Assembly: GCA_963693365.1 (NCBI GenBank)
Contig: CAVNZM010000001.1
Coordinates: 10,318,161 to 10,382,160, forward strand
Length of the DNA: 64,000 nt
From: Amoebidium appalachense
Lineage: Eukaryota > Protista > Ichthyosporea
Reading direction: 5' to 3'
How positions within the stretch are numbered: the stretch's first letter is position 1; every line of letters begins with the position of its first letter. A program made the position numbers and the translations under genes. The notes beneath the pieces were generated by a model. The model did not search any database and had not been told where the DNA came from. It saw only the letters and a program-made list of their open reading frames with translations. Of the stretch, positions 50,268 through 64,000 are shown in pieces.

Positions 50268-50398
50268 TCTCCCTACACACACAACCATAGGAACACAACA
50301 CATAATCACATTCACACACAGACACTCACTCATGCACTGACGGGAATACACATGCACGCACACGCGCGCGCGCGCACGCACACACATGCGCATGCGCG

Positions 50399-50459
<61 letters not shown>

Positions 50460-50596
50460 TCTCTCTCTCCTTTTTTTGCATTGGCTCCTCGTTCACCCCT
50501 GGGACTCTCCTGCTTCTTCCCACCATGAAGTCAATGTGCTTGCTTTCATACATTCAAACAGCTAACTCTTGCACAAGCATGGTCACCCCCCCCCCC

Positions 50597-50627
<31 letters not shown>

Positions 50628-50690
50628 ACACACACTGGTACACAGTAACACATACACATACACACCTTCACACACACTTGCTCACTTAAA

Positions 50691-50761
<71 letters not shown>

Positions 50762-50824
50762 GCACACAATTACACATACACGTACACTTACACATACACA
50801 CCTTTAACACACACTTGCTCTCCT

Positions 50825-50896
<72 letters not shown>

Positions 50897-51113
50897 GCAA
50901 ACAGTAACACATACACACACACACACACTGGCACACAGTAACACATACACATACACACCTTTAACACACACCTGCTCACTTAAACTCACACACACACACA
51001 CAAACGCCCACACACATACACACACACACACACACACAAACTGGCACACAGTAACACATACATACATCTACACACCTTTAATACACACTCGCTCACTTAA
51101 ACTCACACGTGCA

Positions 51114-51155
<42 letters not shown>

Positions 51156-51348
51156 CACATGCACACACACACGCAGCCTATGTACGACCTGTGCTTGTTG
51201 CACCGCCACAATCTCCACCGAAACGGCCCAGGGGCCGACCAAGAAAGGTAGGCCATCTTCTGATTGGCCAATGAAATAGCCTTATTTGGAAGGGCTGGGT
51301 GATGTCTATTTTCGACTGGGGCATCTTTAGCCATGCTACGTGATTGAT

Positions 51349-51383
<35 letters not shown>

Positions 51384-51677
51384 GCAAAGGGAGTACAAAG
51401 ATAGGGTGAATTGTTGCATGGACGCAAGGTGATTGTTTTATTTTAATTTTTCTTTTTTTCTTTTTGTGTGTGTGTGGGGGGGGGGGCCGGAGGGGGGGGG
51501 GGGGGGATGTCGAAAACCAGGTGTGCACGAAAAACGAACAACGAGCAATCAGAAAAAGACACCACAGGGTTTCAACTGAACATGTCATCAAGTTGAATCA
51601 CCATTCCCTTGCCCTTTTTGGGGGGGGAGAGCGGGGAGGGTCGGGGTGAAGGGTGGGAGAAAGAGAGAGAGAGAAGG

Positions 51678-51713
<36 letters not shown>

Positions 51714-52346
51714 TGGAATATGAGGGTAGGTAACTAACCTTTTTTTTTTTTTTTTTTTTTTTTTTTCTTTTTTTTTCTCTCTCCCTTGCAGCCAACATTG
51801 GTTGTTGGTCCCCCGACAACCGCGTCAAACATGGTATGTACTCGTTGCACACGGCCATGCGTCCACGGCGAGATGCACACACACACCACTCTGCATGTTT
51901 CCTTTTGTGGACACATATGTTAATTACTACCGTTTGGCAGTCATTGTTTGTGGACAAGATCGGGGATGGCATGGGTCAGAAGGGGGGAAGGGGGGGGGGG
52001 GGGGGGGGGGGGACGGAGGGAGGGAGGGAGGGAGGGAGGGGGGGGAGAGAAAGGGGGGGGGGGGGGGGGGGGGGGGGGATTATTCTGTGTTTGTATGTTT
52101 TTGCTTTTCTTTTTTTCTTTTTTCCTTTTTTTTGGGTGGGGGGGAGGGGGGTTGATAGTCTGCCGATGCTGATTTAAGATTACGTGCCTTCGCCTGTTCC
52201 GTTTATTTTGTTGGTTGTATTCCACTTCTTGTGGAAACACCAAACAAGGGCATACACATCGGCAATTCGGCATTTGCTACGTCACTCACACACACACACA
52301 CACACACATTTGTGGATTCCCCAGCAGTCTACAAAGCCCTCCTTCC

Positions 52347-52404
<58 letters not shown>

Positions 52405-52746
52405 ACACACACACGGGAGGATGGGCTTTACGTATCATGGATACTCTTTCTGTACGTGTGCGTGTTGCAAAATCTCCCTAATGGATCTGCACTTCGTGCT
52501 CTGTACCGAAATTATATCCCTCCTCCCCCCCCCCCCCCCCCATCTCCCTTCTTGCTCTGTACCGAAATTATTTCTCCCTTCCCCCCCTCCTCCCTTCCCC
52601 TTCTAATCCTCCTCTCCTCTCCCCTCCGCTCCTCCCCCTCCTCCCCTCCCCCCCTCCCCCCCCCCCCCCCCATCTCCCCCCAAATCCTGGTGTCACCAGC
52701 TGCAACTGCGAATCGATTCCTCTGCTTATCCCCTGGATCAATGTAC

Positions 52747-52784
<38 letters not shown>

Positions 52785-53057
52785 CTACAGCCCTTACACA
52801 CAACCAGTCTACATGGCCCCACCGCCGGCCTCTGCCCCGACAACCGCCGGGAGCCCCACACCCACTAACCAATCAGAATCCACCGATACTGGCTCATCCT
52901 CCATGCCATTGGCTACGCCATCGAATGGAATGCAGGCCGGTGCGACCTCGCCTGGGTCAAATACGCAGCAAGTGCCCACACAAACGCCTGCACGGTATTC
53001 GAGTTGGAGGCAACAGGTAAAATCCAACCCTTCCCCCTCCTCGTCTCTCTCTCTCTG

Positions 53058-53094
<37 letters not shown>

Positions 53095-53181
53095 CCCCCC
53101 CCCCTCCCCCCGGCGTTATGGGTCGGGAACCACGCAAGAGAGGTTAAAGAGTTGAAACCCGTTCTTTTGTGGAGACACAGG

Positions 53182-53216
<35 letters not shown>

Positions 53217-53396
53217 TCCCCGCCCCCTCCCCCTCCCCCTCCCCCCGGATGGGCGTCTGTTCAAGTGCCTCTTCTGCCTGCGCGTCTTTCAATTGTTCCA
53301 TATTATGGCTTGATTTCGGGTGTGTCATTTTTGTGATGTGCCATATCATGTCCTTTGGTGACTCCTCCGAATTTCCAGCCCTCTAATACATACAGC

Positions 53397-53445
<49 letters not shown>

Positions 53446-53716
53446 AAAAAAAAAAAGAAAAGGAAAAAAAAAAGGGGGAAGGGGGGGGGGGGGGGGCTTA
53501 AAATTTGAACACACCACACACACCACCTGCACAAAGCCCAAGCACCCACGTGTGGCGATCTAGTGTACGCGCGGACCGACTAAATTTTGGAACCTCCTCG
53601 GACTTGTTGCATTTTCTAGTATATATTCCCCCCTCCCCCCTCCCCCCCCCTCCCCACCCACCCACCACAAATACAACCACGACTACGACCACGACCACAA
53701 CCACAACCACGTATCT

Positions 53717-53752
<36 letters not shown>

Positions 53753-54498
53753 ACCAAAAAAAAAAAAAAAAAAAAAAAGTTGCTAACTCACTTCATTCAC
53801 TCACTCACACGGGCACACATGCCAGCGTCCACACACCCATACACACACTTTTTTTCTCTCTATCTCTGTCTCTCTCTCTCTTTCTTACTTGCACCCACAT
53901 TCCCTCTACCATTCCATCACAGGTGTCCACCAAACCGCGGCCACGAACTCTCCTAAGCGTTGAGCCCAAACCCCAATACATGGGCACAGAGGGGGCAGGG
54001 TTCCGCCTTTTCTCTCAGGTCACATACGACGCATCCGGTGAACCGATAAAGAGAAAACGGGGAAGACCGCGCAAATACCCTCTCACAGTAACGGCGTGGA
54101 ACGAACAACACACAGACCAAAACGGAAATGTTTTGCCCCCGCCTCAACTATTGGGACAACGTACGCACACGGGGGGAGGGGAGGAGCCGGGGGGGATGGA
54201 TGCGGGGGAAGGGGAAGGGGAGGAAGAGGAAGCACACAACACGTCTTTGCCCACTGCGATAGGTGAAGCGGGTGTATACCCGGATTCTGAAATTACAGTA
54301 AATACGACGATGGGAGAGGGGGCAGGTCGGGATGAGAATGGTGTGCAACACGAACCCGGATTTGAACAACACCAACACGAACACGAACACGAACAGAGTT
54401 TGGAATCCCAGCTAATTCCAAACAGAGAACACCAAGAGGATATTATGCCCTCACAACTCTCCTTAGGAACTGTGTCAGTTACAGCCCTACCCCAGTGA
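45716..54498 (+). CDS. SAM-domain protein with two AT-hooks and an acidic, disordered C-terminus, ~523 aa, 9 exons
   Basis: Exons: 45716-45928, 47037-47153, 47916-48021, 48950-49062, 49694-49793, 51177-51247, 51792-51833, 52783-53016, 53923-54498; GT-AG and phase-consistent. SAM: [55 protein letters not shown]-hooks: [10 protein letters not shown] and [10 protein letters not shown]. Confidence 0.85.
47768..47872 (+). mobile_element. Diverged family A terminal unit (others at 50113-50196 and 52417-52520 on +; 38244-38318, 42270-42328 and 61316-61432 on -)
   Basis: GATGGGCTCTGC...TGCATACTCT...GCATTCTAA followed by (C)n. Confidence 0.65.
48367..48720. repeat. Three copies of a ~45-bp motif separated by G-tracts
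   Basis: gtatgtgtaggttagtgtgcatgtttgtaaccttgcacgg at ~48372, 48540 and 48677. Confidence 0.85.
50630..51110. repeat. Compound tandem repeat interleaved with (CA)n
   Basis: cactggcacacagtaacacatacacatacacacctttaacacacacttgctcacttaaactca recurs about 4 times. Confidence 0.8.
53244..53400 (+). mobile_element. Interspersed repeat family B, poly-C-bounded (fragments on - at 4609, 5517, 5650, 14104, 16868, 21417, 25996, 27606, 40383)
   Basis: Starts GGATGGGC and ends TTTCCAGCCCTCTAATACATAC near (C)n. The reverse complement GATGTATGCATTAGAG..TGGAAAT recurs after G-tracts. Confidence 0.6.
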
Positions 54499-55140
54499 TG
54501 ATTATTGTGTGTGGATGTGTGCATATTGCTAAATTTTTAAAAAATTTAAGTGGTAATCTCGATTTTATTGGTACTGTTTAAATTGAGAGTGGTATAGTTA
54601 AATGTCTATGACGGCACATATAGAAATTTGCAGCATCTAAATCTCTGTTATGTAGTGGCCGAAATTTTATACGGGGGCATAATTATGAAAGTGCACGCGG
54701 CTGGACCGTGAATGATGCATGTGCACAACACACGAGCCTCAACTCTAACACAAAACTATGACTCGATTCGATAATCGATTCGGGCAGCAGCTGCAGTTTT
54801 AACTCGAACAAACTGTTATGCATGAATGCGCCATACATGATGATCATCCTTTTGCAAAATTGCAAACTAAGTCAAACCTTGCCAATTTGGGAACACTAAG
54901 CCAAATGCACGTACAGTAATCACTTTGCTAAGTATATATATATATATCTGCTCAATAAACATATGGACCCTGGTATGATCAGGTATTTGAATGGGGTATC
55001 GATGACTCATATGTACATACTGCATGCACAGTGTGCATGGTACATAAGCATGTTGCACATTTTCGACTTCTCCTGTGATAGGTGGACAATCATGTCACGT
55101 GTATCATCGAATGTATTTTATCCGACACTCAGTGCCAACC

Positions 55141-55177
<37 letters not shown>

Positions 55178-55293
55178 AAAAAAAGAAAGAAAGAAAGAAA
55201 GAAAGAAAAGAAAAGACTCGAAGAACAGAAACTCTGAAAGGAAGAAGAGAAAGAAAGAAAGAAAGAAAGAAAACTGAGAAAACACACAAATGT

Positions 55294-55397
<104 letters not shown>

Positions 55398-55634
55398 ACA
55401 GTGTCACACACACACACACACGTATAGGCGTGCAGCGATGATACATAGCTGTATGTATATACAGGTTGATAGACACATTTTTCGTGACGCGTCACTCCTC
55501 CTCAAAGTTAACTTACCATATGATGCATGTACACATTATAAACGGTTTTCAAATTTATGAAATAATGCACACAATGAACAGTCACATTGTGCTTTGTGGC
55601 TTTCTATACATAACCGTATCATCCTAGGGCCCAA

Positions 55635-55873
55635 CCTGCTCCAAGAAGAATTGTATTCTGCCAAAGGCAGAATTATTCTGCAGAAAGCAGATTTCATATA
55701 GGGGAACGTGTTGTTTGATCTATGCCACGCTGTAATGAGGTAAGGTGTCGGCACCAAGGTCAACAGTACTTCCACCCAACAAAATACACGTGAAAAAACC
55801 GACCGTTATAAGATGTACATCATACATCCGATCGGCGTTACGTATGAACAACGTAGTACATGGAGATATAATA

Positions 55874-55911
<38 letters not shown>

Positions 55912-56113
55912 CCATTGCGCTATGAGGCCTGCCGGGGTAAGTTGCAGGCCGAGCCAGTGATCTTCTGCAAAACGCAGAAATATTCTGCGAATAATTCTCA
56001 ATTTCAAACGCATTATCACTCCGCAAAAAAATTAAAAAAGGAAGGATATTTTTGCGAAAGCAGAATTATTCTGATATATCGATATAAGAACTATGTATTC
56101 TGCTTGGAGCAGG
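55635..56113. mobile_element. Possible foldback/MITE remnant with repeated palindromic CAGAAT(T/A)ATTCTG motifs
   Basis: Inverted termini cctgctccaag / cttggagcagg; motif at ~55667, 55974 and 56060. Confidence 0.5.
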
Positions 56114-56236
56114 AAAACCATATTCTAGATCCGCGTAAGCAGAATAAATTTGCTTTTTGCGGTGCAAGTCTCTAAAAGGAAGAATGATTCTGGTTTTGCA
56201 GGGGGGTGGGTGGGTGGGCGGAGGGGGGAGGGGGGG

Positions 56237-56279
<43 letters not shown>

Positions 56280-57342
56280 GTGAGATGAGATGGTGGGAAA
56301 GGTAAGAGAGGAAAGTAGGGAGGGGGTTGGGTGGGTTGGTGGGTGAATGGGGGTGGGGTGGGGTGGGGTGGGGAAGGGGGGCGGCTCTGCTGACGGCAGT
56401 TGTTTTTGTGGGTAGATGATGCTGGTGCATGTGGTGCCGGTTGTGTCCAGGCACTATGTGCTGCTGTGCGTACACGTGTACACATGTATAATATGCCAAT
56501 GTGTGTGTGTGTTTGGGGGGGGGGGGGGGGGGGGGGGGGACACTGTGTGTGTGTGTGTGCATGTGGACGTGTGCAACTGTGTGTGCGCACGTGTGTGTGC
56601 ATGTGTATTGCATATGCATACTGAAAACAGAAGTTATCCATGGCCAGGGCAAAGATGTTTTAGTGATTTTACGAGTACGGGTTCAAATTATTGAGTGATT
56701 GCCACAGTACTATGATACAGCACATCGTGGGTACAAGTTGAATTTACAAAAAGTAACTGTTGCGTTTTTCAGCGCTAGCATCACAGTCTGAGGTATACGT
56801 AGCTGCATAGTTCTCCCGCGGCCGAATGGTTAGTTGTGTATACTAGAATAAGTCCTGACATGGCAAATTTCAAAACAACAAAAGCAACTTGAACACAAAT
56901 AAAACAAAAAAAACCAAAGTAACCAAATAAATACGTATCGCTATGGTGGGAATAGTGATAGCCATGCCATTGGCTCAGTTTAGTTTCCTAGCTAAAGGCC
57001 GGGAGCTCAGGCTTGCAATGCAGAGTACTTGGATTGAAAAGTTTTTTTTTTTACGTTGATATTGCACTTGTGTTTAGTGCTAAATGTGCAGATTTAGGGG
57101 ACACCTAGGCCTCTAACGTGAAGCGCTGCCTCCACGTACGTACGGTCCGGTACACATGCCATAGTGTGTACTGTGGGGTACACGGAGTAGGGGATCAATC
57201 CAACGGTACCCGTACCCGTGTAGAGTGTTGCTTCGGTGTGCCGGCGTGTACATACACATGTATGCTTTGTGATATAAGAGGGGGGGGGAGGGGAGGAAGG
57301 TGTGGTGGTCTTCGGGGGCTCAAGGACGTTCAGGACGGGACG

Positions 57343-57453
57343 GGTTCAGCGTCAGCGACAGAAAAACCAACTGCACCAAATCTGGTACGTTTTATTAGTA
57401 CTGAAATGTACCAGATTTGGTGCCGTTGGTTTTTCTGTCGCTGACGCTGAACC
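57343..57453. repeat. Near-perfect 111-nt inverted repeat (hairpin) between convergent genes
   Basis: ggttcagcgtcagcgacagaaaaaccaactgcaccaaatctggtac pairs with gtaccagatttggtgccgttggtttttctgtcgctgacgctgaacc, one mismatch. Confidence 0.9.
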
Positions 57454-57951
57454 AATTGAGTTATAATTTTTCTGTACCAAAGGTTGGAAGAAAACACTAT
57501 TTACATAATTATCATGCAAAAATTATAGCTCTAGCGCATAATTGGTGTACCTTTTCACTCTCGATGTAACGCTGTTTTTCATATGAATTTGGCCCGGAGA
57601 CCGATCGCCGCAATTGCATGGTTCCAGCTACTTTAATTAAACTAGCAAGCACCGATATTTCTTTTCTTTTCTATTTTTCTTCTACAATTCTTTTCTTTCT
57701 TTTCCTTTTTCTTTATTTTCTTTTCTTTTCATCCCCCCCCCCCCCCCCCCCCCCCCCCAATTTTGAAAACAATATTTGTGCCGCTTTCCCGTCAAAATTT
57801 CCATATATGGCTAATCAGTCAGATCGTGCACAATTTAGGTTAATGCATTTTTTGCTGATTGCGATATTCCTACATTTTTTTTTTTTTTTCAATTCTACAA
57901 AAACCATCCTCACGCTACCCTTAGGGTCGTCGATGGTGGTGGTGATGGTTT

Positions 57952-58004
<53 letters not shown>

Positions 58005-58512
58005 GGGGAGGGGGGGGGGGGGGGAAGGTTGCGCACTGCTGCGTATACGTGACACTGAAGGTACAGCCGGGTAGTGAAATTGGAATCACATACAAAAGGT
58101 CATATTTGTAGCTCAATTTTTGAGGACAGTTGCACAAGGCCACACACGGTGATCTTTAATCGTTTTTTTTTTGCTGGGAGAAGGTGACGACTAGCCTTCG
58201 TTCAGCATGAATCTTTAAACGCACAAACAACAACACAAGAGTCATTCAACCAAACTCATTAACGTAGATGTTAAAGGTCACCTAGCATAATGATGTATCT
58301 TGGCTTGGAGTCGCTTCAAGCGTCGCCACTTGTAAAATTACCCTTATTCGAAGGTAGGAATGCACACACGTCGTTATAGAAGTCTGTTATTTTTATGTTT
58401 ACAGCAAAACAGTGTTCACCTGCATGCATCATGTGTGCAACTAGTCTGTTAGCGCAAGTCACCGGGCTACAAGAGTGAGGCTGGAAGCATCATTAACTAC
58501 ATGTGTGTATGA

Positions 58513-58567
<55 letters not shown>

Positions 58568-58835
58568 CGTGTACCCGAGTGCATGTGTGTACGTGTCCTT
58601 GTGTATTTGTATGTGGATATGGATACACGTGTGTTTATTGCCACCTCGAAAGGTGTGTGTGCACGTGCATTGCACTGCAAGTGTCCCAGTGCATCCCCAC
58701 CTCTATAGCCAATCACCAACATAACACCACACCCTTTCCCAACCCTGATATACCCATTCCCCCCCCCCCCCCCCCCTCCCCCCCCTCCCCCTCCCCCCCC
58801 TCCCCCCCTCCCCCCCCTCCCCCCCCCCCCCCCCC

Positions 58836-58875
<40 letters not shown>

Positions 58876-58883
58876 TCTTTTTT

Positions 58884-63286
<4,403 letters not shown>

Positions 63287-63373
63287 CTGCAACCCCCCAG
63301 TCAGCAACGTGCACACCACACGCTACGTTTGAAACAAACGTACGGTGCCGTGCATGCCTCACTGCTGTGAGTG

Positions 63374-63746
63374 GTATATAGCTAGCTACACATGGTACCT
63401 CACAATCGAACGGTTTGCTCTTACGACAGAAGAGTTGTATATAGCTAGCTATACATGGTACCTCCCAATCGAACGGTTTGCTCTTACGACAGAAGAGTTG
63501 TATATAGCTAGCTATACATGGTACCTCCCAATCGAACGGTTTGCTCTTACGACAGAAGAGTTGTATATCGCTAGCTATACATGGTACCTCCCAATCGAGC
63601 GGTTTACTCTTACGACAGAAGAGTTGTATATAGCTAGCTATACATGGTACCTCCCAATCGAACGGTTTACTCTTACGACAGAAGAGTTGTATATAGCTAG
63701 CTATACATGGTACCTCCCAATCGAACGGTTTACTCTTACGACAGAA
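63374..63746. repeat. Intronic minisatellite, 63-bp unit, ~6 near-identical copies
   Basis: Unit gtatatagctagctatacatggtacctcccaatcgaacggtttgctcttacgacagaagagtt; no spacers. Confidence 0.95.
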
Positions 63747-63792
63747 AACCTCCCGGAACATAGAGGTGCATGTACACACCAAAAACTAAACA

Positions 63793-63836
<44 letters not shown>

Positions 63837-64000
63837 AGGGGGAGGAAGGGAGGGGGAGGGGGGGGGGGGGGGGGGGTGGAGGGGGGGAGGGGGGGGGGGG
63901 AGAGAGACAGAGAGAGAGAAAGGGAGAGAAGGAGAGAGAGCGAGACACACACGCATGCACACACACATACACACACACACATACAGAGAGAGAGAGAGAG

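Noticed and set aside
63374-63746. CRISPR-like array
   Set aside because: Units are head-to-tail with no unique spacers, there are no cas genes, and it lies in a eukaryotic intron.

Overview
Intron-rich eukaryotic DNA saturated with (CA)n/(GT)n microsatellites and poly-C/poly-G tracts. The proteins look opisthokont, possibly from a unicellular holozoan (inference only). Nearly all six-frame ORFs are low-complexity artefacts. By hand I assembled four spliced genes with GT-AG introns and consistent exon phases: (1) a DHX16/Prp2 DEAH helicase (minus strand, 24 exons, runs off the left edge); (2) a ~622-aa PLAT/LH2 domain + PIP-kinase fusion with type II (PI5P 4-kinase)-like signatures (minus, 20 exons); (3) a ~523-aa SAM-domain protein with two AT-hooks (plus, 9 exons); (4) the 3' half of an ERK-type MAP kinase (minus, 7 exons). 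The most striking unexplained pattern is recurrent 'shadow' half-exons: at 9 exon boundaries in 3 genes, a partial exon copy with its splice-site region sits in the adjacent intron, and several copies differ from the exon mainly at synonymous sites. Also present are poly-C-bounded interspersed repeats (one with a structured RNA domain) co-oriented with their host genes, a TTAA-flanked MITE family, a near-perfect 111-nt hairpin and several minisatellites. All alignments and counts were made by eye.
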